A stretch of 64,000 bases of DNA from Peptococcaceae bacterium (GTDB taxonomy: Bacteria; Bacillota; Peptococcia; DRI-13; PHAD01): the NCBI GenBank assembly GCA_040767105.1, contig JAXGPE010000002.1, positions 5,392-69,391 of the forward strand. The letters are read 5' to 3'. Each line of letters opens with the position of its first letter. Position 1 is the stretch's first letter. The translations under genes were made by a program, and so were the position numbers. Below the pieces are notes generated by a model. It did not search any database. It was not told the origin of the DNA and saw nothing but the letters and a program-made list of their open reading frames with translations. Shown piece by piece: positions 1 to 8,123 of this stretch.

Positions 1-28
1 CTGATATTAAACGCAAATGCTTATTGTG

Positions 29-57
29 TTGACATAATTATGGAGTTTTTTTATCAT
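29..57 (+). promoter_or_regulatory. sigma-A promoter of the SDR-thiolase-DUF35 operon
   Basis: TTGACA (29-34), 17 bp spacer, TATCAT (52-57). Confidence 0.7.
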
Positions 58-83
58 TTGACTATAGTCAATGACTATAGTCA
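58..83. promoter_or_regulatory. tandem palindromic operator (TGACTATAGTCA x2)
   Basis: Two perfect 12-bp palindromes at 59-70 and 72-83 directly after the -10 box. Confidence 0.6.
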
Positions 84-187
84 GTTTAAAATAGTTGCTG
101 CTGAACTCTTTCCAGATAATGAAAGTATAAAAGAAAAACTCCGCTTATTCAATTGTTTTGTACTTTATATAATAAGGAGGGGCTTTT

Positions 188-928
188 ATGTTGTTAGAAA
201 ATAAGGTCGCGATTGTAACAGGTGCGGGAAAAGGAATCGGTGAGACCATAGCCAAAAGATATGCGAAGGAAGGAGCAATGGTGATTTGTTGTGCACGTAA
301 TATCCAGCAAGTCAGTGCCGTGTCCGCGGAAATAATTAAAAGCGGCGGTAAGGCGAAGGCTTTCAAGGTCGATGTTTCCAAGAAAGCCGATGTGGAAAAC
401 ATGGTGAAGAGTGTGCTTGCTGAAGAGGGGAAAATAGATATACTTGTCAATAACGCTGGCATAATCGACGATGCTCAGCTTAAGAACATGAATGATGAAC
501 AATATGAAAAAGTTATTAGCATAAACCTGACTGGTACATATAATTGTGCCCGTGCTGTTGTAAATACGATGATCGCGCAAAATTCCGGAGCAATAATCAA
601 TACCTCCTCGATTGTCGGTATTTACGGTAACTTTGGCCAGACAAACTACGCCGCTTCAAAATTTGGAGTGATCGGCTTTACTAAAACCTGGGCAAAAGAG
701 CTTGGCAAATACAATATACGCTGTAATGCAGTGTGTCCAGGATTTATTGCAACAAGCATCCTTGACCCTATGCCGGAAAAAGTGATCAAATCTCTGGAGG
801 ACAAAGTTCCTTTAAAACGTTTGGGTAGGCCCGAAGAAATTGCCAGCGTTTTTGCCTTCCTCGCTTCAGATGAGGCCAGCTATATGAACGGAGCAGTCCT
901 GGAGGTCACCGGCGGATTAGTTATCTAA
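188..928 (+). CDS. fabG: SDR family 3-oxoacyl-ACP/acetoacetyl-CoA reductase (FabG/PhaB-like)
   Basis: TGAGKGIG, NNAG, GNFGQTNYAASK motifs; AAGGAGG RBS. Confidence 0.85.
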   Translation: MLLENKVAIVTGAGKGIGETIAKRYAKEGAMVICCARNIQQVSAVSAEIIKSGGKAKAFKVDVSKKADVENMVKSVLAEEGKIDILVNNAGIIDDAQLKNMNDEQYEKVISINLTGTYNCARAVVNTMIAQNSGAIINTSSIVGIYGNFGQTNYAASKFGVIGFTKTWAKELGKYNIRCNAVCPGFIATSILDPMPEKVIKSLEDKVPLKRLGRPEEIASVFAFLASDEASYMNGAVLEVTGGLVI

Positions 929-1111
929 AGTAATGTGATATTAAGTTTTACTTTTGATCAAACTGTTATTAAAAATGAAATTTGTTTAGCGTTTTGCTTA
1001 AATTCCTTGTTTATTTAGTATTGTTGTTCTAGTATTAATCTAGTATCCATGTTTATAAACAGATTTATGCTGTTTATTAAATATATCCCCAATATTGAGA
1101 GGAGTGACAAA

Positions 1112-2275
1112 ATGAGAAGTGTATCTGTAATCGGTATCGGCGAAACAAAAATGGGCAGGCTGAGTGGTCGGTTCCTTAAAGACCTTATCACTGAAGCCGG
1201 CAACAAAGCCATTGAGGACGCCAATATCCAAAAAGAAATGATCCAGGCTTTGTATATGGGCAATTTCAATGCCTCGTATTGGTCCACCCAAAGCCACATG
1301 GGTCCTTTGGCCGCAGAAACTCTCGGTCTGGGAACAATCCCGACGATAAGAACTGAAGGAGCTTGCGCTTCAGGCAGTCTGGCTTTCCGCGAAGGACTTA
1401 TTGCCGTAGGCGCAGGTGTATACGACATCGTGCTCGTCGGCGGTGTAGAAAAAATGACTCACAGGGCCACAGAAACGATCACGACTGGATTAGCCAGTGC
1501 AGCTGATTGTGAACTTGAAGCAAATATGGGTGCTACTTTCCCCTCCCTCTTTGCTCTCATTGCCAACCGTTATTTTCACGAATACAGCAATATAAGAAAA
1601 GAAATGGCTATGGCAGCTGTTCAAAATCACGAGAATGCCTTATTGAACCCAAATGCTCAAATGCAAAAGAAGATAACCGTTGAAGATGTTTATAAAGGTT
1701 TCCCGGTTGCTTCTCCTCTTACAGTATTTGACTGTTCGCTAATAACTGATGGTGCTGCTTTTGTTGTTTTGGCAGCCACCGATGTTGCACAGAAGCTTGG
1801 TTTAACAAGAAGTGTTAAAGTTATTGGTTCTGCTCAAGCAAGCAGCGCATTGACTCTGGCTGGCAAAAAGACTATCACTTCTTTCGAGTCCACTCTCAGA
1901 GCTGCAGATGCTGCCTATAAACAAGCCGGCATCAAGCCCAAGGATGTTGATTTGGCTGAAGTGCACGACTGCTTCACGATCACACAGATCATCAATACAG
2001 AGGATCTTGGTTTCTTCCCCAAGGGTCAGGGTGGTAAAGCTCTCGCGGAAGGAAAAACCGCTCGTGATGGAGAAATCCCGATCAATACAAGCGGTGGATT
2101 AAAAGCCAAGGGTCACCCCATTGGAGCAACCGGATTAAGTCAAATTTACGAAGTCGTCACTCAGATTCGCGGGGAAGCCGGCGATCGCCAGATCAAAAAA
2201 GCAGATATCGGTCTCACTCAGAATTTAGGTGGAACAGCAGCAACCTGTGTCATAAATATCTTTTCGGGGAGGTAG
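1112..2275 (+). CDS. thiolase, archaeal/SCP2-type
   Basis: EGACASG, EVHDCFT, GHPIGATG, QNLGG; RBS GAGGAG favours ATG 1112 over 1049. Confidence 0.85.
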   Translation: MRSVSVIGIGETKMGRLSGRFLKDLITEAGNKAIEDANIQKEMIQALYMGNFNASYWSTQSHMGPLAAETLGLGTIPTIRTEGACASGSLAFREGLIAVGAGVYDIVLVGGVEKMTHRATETITTGLASAADCELEANMGATFPSLFALIANRYFHEYSNIRKEMAMAAVQNHENALLNPNAQMQKKITVEDVYKGFPVASPLTVFDCSLITDGAAFVVLAATDVAQKLGLTRSVKVIGSAQASSALTLAGKKTITSFESTLRAADAAYKQAGIKPKDVDLAEVHDCFTITQIINTEDLGFFPKGQGGKALAEGKTARDGEIPINTSGGLKAKGHPIGATGLSQIYEVVTQIRGEAGDRQIKKADIGLTQNLGGTAATCVINIFSGR

Positions 2276-2279
2276 TGAA

Positions 2280-2498
2280 ATGAGTCAAAAAGGGAAAATA
2301 TACACCTTTTCTATATTATCAGCGGCAAGTGAAGATTTCGTTGCTAAATTGCCATATGTCATCGCAATCATTGAAAGTGACGGAAAGCGTTTTCTTACCA
2401 GGATAGACAATTACAACGAGAATATGAAAATCGAAGTTGGCAGCGAAGTGGAATTAGCCGGGGAAGAAAACGGCGTCCCACTCTGCAAAGTTGTTTAG
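2280..2498 (+). CDS. DUF35-type OB-fold thiolase partner without zinc ribbon
   Basis: GKIYTFSI...LPYVIAIIE...GKRFLTRI...IEVGSEVE pattern; GGAGG RBS; 4 bp after thiolase. Confidence 0.75.
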   Translation: MSQKGKIYTFSILSAASEDFVAKLPYVIAIIESDGKRFLTRIDNYNENMKIEVGSEVELAGEENGVPLCKVV

Positions 2499-2545
2499 CC
2501 TCAAGATTTCGGCTGATTTATAGGCAGACTATCATATTGGATATT

Positions 2546-2602
2546 TAAAGCGGGGTTGGTACCCTAAAATCTAGGCTGTGTACCAACCCCGCTTTATTTT
2601 TT
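2546..2602. terminator. intrinsic terminator between convergent genes
   Basis: 17-bp inverted repeat TAAAGCGGGGTTGGTAC/GTACCAACCCCGCTTTA then T-run. Confidence 0.8.
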
Positions 2603-2625
2603 CAGATCAGTGATGTTCAAAATAT

Positions 2626-3315
2626 TCATTCAGCCATACTTACAAGCTGTGCTACATCTTTTATTTGTACGGCTGAACGGTGAAAATCTATCAGACCCTC
2701 ATCCCTCATCCGGCACATTTCCCTGGATAAAGATGGCCTTGAAACATTCAAATAATCGGCTATCTCATTACGGTTCATTGGCAGCATAAATCTGGTCGCT
2801 CCGTTCTTTTTTTGTTCTTCAAGTAAATACGTGCTTATTCTGCCCCGTAAATTTTTCATTGCTAAATAAGCTACTTTTTTATCAAGCATCAATGCTTTAT
2901 TTGATATAACACTAAGCATGTTAGTGATCAATTTACGGTGTGCAGAGCACTGTCGCTCGCAATTACCGGCGATCTTATCCGGCGATAAAAATGTAACTAT
3001 GCTGCTTTCTAAAGAAATAACCGTTGCCGGCCAAATACGACTTCCTGAAAATGCTGCCATTTCACCGAACATCTGTCCCGGGCCAATAACCTCCATGATT
3101 ATTCTTTTGCCTGCTATGCTTTCCTTAGTCACCGAGGCTTTGCCTTCGATGATTACCCCGATTCCTGTATATTTTTCGCCTTCTAATGTAATTATCTCGT
3201 TTCTTCTGAATTCTTTGATCATTGGATTGAAACAGGTCATCATTTCTTTTAGATCAACCCGGGATGTTCCTCTGAACAAGGGACATTTCAGCAACGAATC
3301 AATATAATAGCACAT
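2626..3315 (-). CDS. hcpR: Crp/Fnr family regulator (HcpR-like)
   Basis: cNMP-type domain (GQMFGE), HTH (NRNEIADYLNVSRPSLSRE); divergent from hcp. Confidence 0.8.
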   Translation of the reverse strand: MCYYIDSLLKCPLFRGTSRVDLKEMMTCFNPMIKEFRRNEIITLEGEKYTGIGVIIEGKASVTKESIAGKRIIMEVIGPGQMFGEMAAFSGSRIWPATVISLESSIVTFLSPDKIAGNCERQCSAHRKLITNMLSVISNKALMLDKKVAYLAMKNLRGRISTYLLEEQKKNGATRFMLPMNRNEIADYLNVSRPSLSREMCRMRDEGLIDFHRSAVQIKDVAQLVSMAE

Positions 3316-3338
3316 TGTTTTTTCACCCGTTCTATTTC

Positions 3339-3379
3339 GTAACTTATGTTACCGTATATTTTACTCAATTATATATAAT
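3339..3379 (+). promoter_or_regulatory. HcpR-type palindrome and -10 box of the cupin-hcp promoter
   Basis: GTAAC-TTAT-GTTAC (3339-3352), TATAAT (3374-3379); class II Crp/Fnr spacing. Confidence 0.6.
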
Positions 3380-3430
3380 TAAGATATATAAGACAAGTTT
3401 CTAAAACCTAACCGGAAAGGAGGTCCGCAA

Positions 3431-3757
3431 TTGGTCGAAACTTCTTTTGATTTTACCGTTAGTGATACAAAAACCATTGAACGGGTCATCGAAGATGATA
3501 ATCTGGGTTTGAATCATATTGTCTTAGCACATGGTGACTCTATGCCGGAGCATTATTCGAACTCAAATGTCTATATGATAATTATCCGTGGCAAGGTTAC
3601 ACTACGTTTGGATGATCAGAGAGATCACGACTATGCGAACGGAACTATCGTAACCATACCATTTAAAACAAGAATGAATGTCAGTAATAATGGTAATGAG
3701 CCGGCAGAATTCTTTGTGGTAAAATCACCTAGTCCGCGTTTGATGCCTAGTTTGTGA
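3431..3757 (+). CDS. cupin domain protein
   Basis: Cupin motifs (MPEHYSNSNVYMIIIRG; NVSNNGNEPAEFFVV); AAGGAGG before TTG. Confidence 0.8.
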   Translation: MVETSFDFTVSDTKTIERVIEDDNLGLNHIVLAHGDSMPEHYSNSNVYMIIIRGKVTLRLDDQRDHDYANGTIVTIPFKTRMNVSNNGNEPAEFFVVKSPSPRLMPSL

Positions 3758-3806
3758 TAGTTTTGTTCCAAGATCAAATGACTGATTATTAAGGAGGTCT
3801 ATTTTA

Positions 3807-5375
3807 ATGAGCGATATGTTTTGTTTTCAATGTGAACAAACAGCCGGGGGTAAAGGATGCACCAAAATGGGTGTTTGCGGCAAAAATCCCGATGTAGCCC
3901 AAAGGCAGGATGAACTGACTTATGATATGATCGATTTGGCTTTTGCGGCAGAAAACAAAAAACCCTCGCCTTTGGCTGACGAATTGATGATGCAGGGTCT
4001 TTTTGCCTGTATAACAAATGTCAATTTCAGCAATGATCGTATTGATGGTTACAGATATGGGGTCAAGGCTGAAATAAATAAACTTGGCGGGCTCTCACCA
4101 GCCCAACCGGCTAGGATAGCACTTTGGGAGGGCGACCAAGATGTAGTATCCCTGCGCTCCACGCTTTTATTGGGTATGCGTGGCATGGCTGCTTATGCTT
4201 GGCATGCTTATATATTAGGTAAAAAGGATCCGGAAGTGACTGACTGGTTATACAAGGGTATGCGTGCAATCGGCAGTGATCATTCGATTGAAGAATGGCT
4301 TGATTTGTTGATGGAATTTGGTCAAATAAACCTAAAATGTATGGCTCTTTTAGATGATGCCAACACTACAGCATTTGGTCATCCTGTTCCGACGAAAGTT
4401 ACGATGAATGTTGCCAGAGGTCCTTTTATAGTAGTTACCGGTCATGACCTGCACGACCTTAAGACGCTTTTGGAGCAAACTGCCGGAAAAGGCATCAATA
4501 TTTATACCCACAGCGAAATGCTTCCCGCTCACGGTTATCCGGAATTAAATAAATACAGCCATCTAAAGGGTAATTTCGGTACGGCCTGGCAAAATCAGCA
4601 AAAAGAATTTGAAAATCTTCCGGCACCTATACTTTACACCACAAACTGTCTGATGCCTCCCAAGCCTTCCTATGCCGGAAATATTTTTACCACAGCCGTC
4701 GTTGGTTATCCTGGCTTAAAACACATTCCTGACGTGGATGGTAAAAAAGACTTCACGCCTTTGATAAATAAAGCCCTTGAACTTGGAGGCTGGGAAGAAG
4801 AGAAGCGTTTCACCGGAATAAACGGTGGATCAGAATTAATGACCGGTTTTGCCCGCAATGCCGTCCTGGGGGTTGCCGATAAGGTCATTGATGCAGTAAA
4901 GACAGGGGCAATAAAACACTTTTTCCTCGTCGGTGGATGTGATGGAGCAAAACCGGGCAGAAATTACTATACTGAATTCGTCAAAAAAACGCCAAAAGAC
5001 ACTGTGATACTCACTCTGGCCTGCGGAAAATACCGTTTCAACGATTTGAACATAGGAGAAATTGGCGGGCTTCCCAGGATCATGGACATGGGTCAGTGCA
5101 ATGATGCTTATTCTGCTATCCAGGTTGCCGTAGCTCTGGCCAATGCCTTCAGCTGCAGTGTTAATGAGCTCCCCTTAACGCTTGTGTTATCTTGGTACGA
5201 GCAAAAAGCCGTATGTATCCTGCTCACTTTGCTGGCTTTAGGTATAAAGAATATTTATATCGGCCCATCCATTCCAGCATTTTTCTCCACAAATGTCTTA
5301 AATGTCCTTGTCGAGAAATTTGGCATCAAGCCAATCAGTACACCTGAAACCGACTTAAAAGCTATGATTGGCTGA
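3807..5375 (+). CDS. hcp: hybrid cluster protein (hydroxylamine reductase)
   Basis: MFCFQCEQT...GC...GVCGK, GHDLHDL, YTHSEMLPAH, GGCDG, GQCND, SWYEQKA. Confidence 0.95.
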   Translation: MSDMFCFQCEQTAGGKGCTKMGVCGKNPDVAQRQDELTYDMIDLAFAAENKKPSPLADELMMQGLFACITNVNFSNDRIDGYRYGVKAEINKLGGLSPAQPARIALWEGDQDVVSLRSTLLLGMRGMAAYAWHAYILGKKDPEVTDWLYKGMRAIGSDHSIEEWLDLLMEFGQINLKCMALLDDANTTAFGHPVPTKVTMNVARGPFIVVTGHDLHDLKTLLEQTAGKGINIYTHSEMLPAHGYPELNKYSHLKGNFGTAWQNQQKEFENLPAPILYTTNCLMPPKPSYAGNIFTTAVVGYPGLKHIPDVDGKKDFTPLINKALELGGWEEEKRFTGINGGSELMTGFARNAVLGVADKVIDAVKTGAIKHFFLVGGCDGAKPGRNYYTEFVKKTPKDTVILTLACGKYRFNDLNIGEIGGLPRIMDMGQCNDAYSAIQVAVALANAFSCSVNELPLTLVLSWYEQKAVCILLTLLALGIKNIYIGPSIPAFFSTNVLNVLVEKFGIKPISTPETDLKAMIG

Positions 5376-5404
5376 CATTCTGAATTGATTTATTACAAGT
5401 ATCG

Positions 5405-5441
5405 AAAAAGGCAGTGAAAAATAATTTTTCACTGCCTTTTT
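5405..5441. terminator. bidirectional intrinsic terminator
   Basis: AAAAAGGCAGTGAAAAA/TTTTTCACTGCCTTTTT between hcp and atoA. Confidence 0.85.
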
Positions 5442-5461
5442 ATCGTATTTGATTCTTTGCT

Positions 5462-6115
5462 TTACTCCATGATTCCTATTTCATCATTTATTATTAGTTT
5501 AACTCCGGTTTTGGATTTGAGCTCATCTATAGTTATCCCCGGGGCCAATTCTTTTAATAATATCCCTTCGGGGATAATTTCCATGAAACCGAGCTCAGTG
5601 ACTATATAATCAACTACTCTAGCCCCGGTCAGGGGAAGCGTACATCTTTTAATTATCTTAGGTGCTCCATCTTTTGTCGTATGTTCCATAGCGATTATCA
5701 CTTTTTTTGCTCCGGCCACAAGATCCATAGCCCCGCCCATTCCGGCGATCATTTTGCCGGGGATTATCCAATTCGCAAGATTTCCTTCTTCATCAACCTG
5801 CAAAGCTCCAAGGACAGTTGCAGACAAATGTCCTCCCCGAATCAAGGCAAAAGACATTGAACTGTCGAAGCAGGCACCTCCGGGTAAAATAGTTGTTGGC
5901 TGTCCACCGGCGTTTACAGTATCCTTGTCTTCACAGCCTTTTTCCGGAGTTGGTCCGATCCCAACATATCCATTTTCGGAGTGAAGAAAAATATGCAGAT
6001 CCTTTGGGAGATAGTTTGGCACTAATGTAGGCAGTCCGATTCCCAAATTGACCAGGTCTCCATCTTTAAACATCCTTGCCACACGTCTGCTGATTAATTC
6101 ACGCGGATCATTCAT
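5462..6115 (-). CDS. atoA: 3-oxoacid (acetoacetate/butyrate) CoA-transferase subunit B
   Basis: [13 protein letters not shown] catalytic Glu, GMGGAMDL. Confidence 0.9.
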   Translation of the reverse strand: MNDPRELISRRVARMFKDGDLVNLGIGLPTLVPNYLPKDLHIFLHSENGYVGIGPTPEKGCEDKDTVNAGGQPTTILPGGACFDSSMSFALIRGGHLSATVLGALQVDEEGNLANWIIPGKMIAGMGGAMDLVAGAKKVIIAMEHTTKDGAPKIIKRCTLPLTGARVVDYIVTELGFMEIIPEGILLKELAPGITIDELKSKTGVKLIINDEIGIME

Positions 6116-6774
6116 ATATTTTCCTCCCCAGCCTTCACTACCATGTCGATCAGTACTCCAGGAGTCATGACCTCATCCGGATCAAGCTCTCCGATTTCGA
6201 CAATTTCCTCTACTTCTGCTATCACAAAATCGGCGGCCATCGCCATCAATGGGTTAAAATTACGAGCTGCACGCCGAAAAACAAGATTTCCGGCAGCATC
6301 TGCCTTATCAGCTTTGATTAATGCAAGTTCAGCTTTCAGAGGTCTTTCTAGAATATATTCTTTCCCGTCTAAAATAATTATTTGTTTTCCTTCCGCAACT
6401 ACAGTTCCTACTCCGGTAGGTGTCAATATTCCGCCCAGTCCCGAACCACCGCAGCGGATACGTTCGGCAAAAGTTCCCTGAGGGATCAGCTCTACTATTA
6501 TTTCTCCTGCATTCATTTGTCTTCCTGTTTCGGGATTAGTACCAATATGTGATGCAGTAATTTTTCTTATTTGTTTATTAACTATAAGTTTGCCGACACC
6601 TTTGTCCATAACTGCAGTATCGTTAGTTATCAGGATCAAATCTTTAGCTTTTTTATCAACAAGGGCATCGACCAAGCCCTCCGGTGTGCCTACGGCAAGG
6701 AACCCTCCGATCATAATTGTCTGACCATCTGCGAACTTTTCCATTGCTTTGCTTCTGCTGACAACTTTATTCAT
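6112..6774 (-). CDS. atoD: 3-oxoacid CoA-transferase subunit A
   Basis: [30 protein letters not shown]; 4-bp overlap with subunit B. Confidence 0.9.
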   Translation of the reverse strand: MNKVVSRSKAMEKFADGQTIMIGGFLAVGTPEGLVDALVDKKAKDLILITNDTAVMDKGVGKLIVNKQIRKITASHIGTNPETGRQMNAGEIIVELIPQGTFAERIRCGGSGLGGILTPTGVGTVVAEGKQIIILDGKEYILERPLKAELALIKADKADAAGNLVFRRAARNFNPLMAMAADFVIAEVEEIVEIGELDPDEVMTPGVLIDMVVKAGEENI

Positions 6775-6798
6775 AAAGATTCACCTCATTTGACAGTA

Positions 6799-8099
6799 CG
6801 TTTTGTAAACTTAAATGAAAATTGAGGACCCGTCATCCTTTCTGGTACAATGTTTTTGCTACAAAACAACGTACTCCCAGAAAGGAGCGAGTCCTCGTGC
6901 AAAAAATTGTATCATTAAGATGTCCAAGGTGCAACAATACTCATTCATTTTATCGTTTCGGCAAAGATGTTGATGGTTACCAAAAGTATCAATGCCGGAA
7001 CTGTAACCATCAGTTTGCTCCTGACCGACCCGCGGCCAAAGCAACCTCAAAATATCCTCGATGCCCTGTCTGTGGCAAAGCATCCTTTATCCACCATGAT
7101 TACAAGCATTACTCTAATTTTCGTTGCGGCGATAAACGCTGCAGTCATTCTTTTTTCGTGCCTAAACATACTTCCATAGAACCAACTTCATTATCCGGGC
7201 TCTTTGGTAAAACCGATTTTAAGCGAATGCGTCATCCGGTGCATTTGATTATCACAGCTCTTTCGATGTTCTACCTTGGTAAAAACTCTTTTCGTAATAT
7301 CGCCTTGATATTACGGGTTGCCTTCAACATCAAGGTTTCTCATACCACGATCAGCAACTGGTGTAAGAACTTCGCACCTTTGTTCAATAGCTATAGCTTG
7401 CATCTCATCCCCAGTCTAAATTTCGACTCTGATGAATGGCATACTGACGAAACTGTAGTTAAGATCAACGGTGTGAAGCATTATATTTGGTTTATCATTG
7501 ACGCTGAAACCCGTTTCATTCTAGGCTATCACCTATCACCTCACCGTGATTCTCCGCAAGCTTTTTCCTTAATGAATTCCGTTAAATCACTTGGCAAACC
7601 AGTCTCCATCGTTTCTGACCGCTACAGCGCCTATAAGGTGCCTGTTAAGTCTATTTTCGATGATACAAGGCATATCAGGGTTGAGTCGTTTAAGGATGAT
7701 ATCTCTAACAACATAATCGAATCTTTCCATCACCAGTTCAAAGCCTGGTATAGGACAAAGCAGGGATTCAATTCTTTTGATTCCGCTAACAATTTAATCA
7801 GCATGTTTGTGTTCTTCTTTAACTTTGTCAGACCACACTCTTCACTTAATGGTCTTACACCGGCCCAGGTTGCCGGGCTGAAACTATCGCCAAGAGAAAA
7901 ACGGAAGTTTTTACTTGTAGCCTAAATTATTCTTATAACCATTTCAAAGGCTTGCTCTGTGGATTGTCATAGGGCAAGCTTTAGCCCTGTTTATTTTACT
8001 CTTTATAATCCGTAGAAAAGCATTTAGTACCTTTCTTGCGGAATTTTAAGCTATGCTGCGTTTCATTGTGCTAGTTTTTCATTTTAACTTTACGGAGTC
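6799..8099 (+). mobile_element. IS6/IS240-family insertion sequence (~1.3 kb)
   Basis: 8-bp direct repeat TGACAGTA at 6791-6798 and 8100-8107; imperfect subterminal inverted repeats GTAAACTTAAATGAAAA / TTTTCATTTTAACTTTAC; one DDE transposase. Confidence 0.8.
6897..7925 (+). CDS. IS6-family DDE transposase with two N-terminal zinc ribbons
   Basis: WHTDETVVK, IVSDRYSAY, NNIIESFH; CPRC/CRNC and CPVC/CGDKRC; AAGGAG before GTG 6897. Confidence 0.85.
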   Translation: MQKIVSLRCPRCNNTHSFYRFGKDVDGYQKYQCRNCNHQFAPDRPAAKATSKYPRCPVCGKASFIHHDYKHYSNFRCGDKRCSHSFFVPKHTSIEPTSLSGLFGKTDFKRMRHPVHLIITALSMFYLGKNSFRNIALILRVAFNIKVSHTTISNWCKNFAPLFNSYSLHLIPSLNFDSDEWHTDETVVKINGVKHYIWFIIDAETRFILGYHLSPHRDSPQAFSLMNSVKSLGKPVSIVSDRYSAYKVPVKSIFDDTRHIRVESFKDDISNNIIESFHHQFKAWYRTKQGFNSFDSANNLISMFVFFFNFVRPHSSLNGLTPAQVAGLKLSPREKRKFLLVA

Positions 8100-8123
8100 T
8101 GACAGTATTCTTTTTTAGACTTT

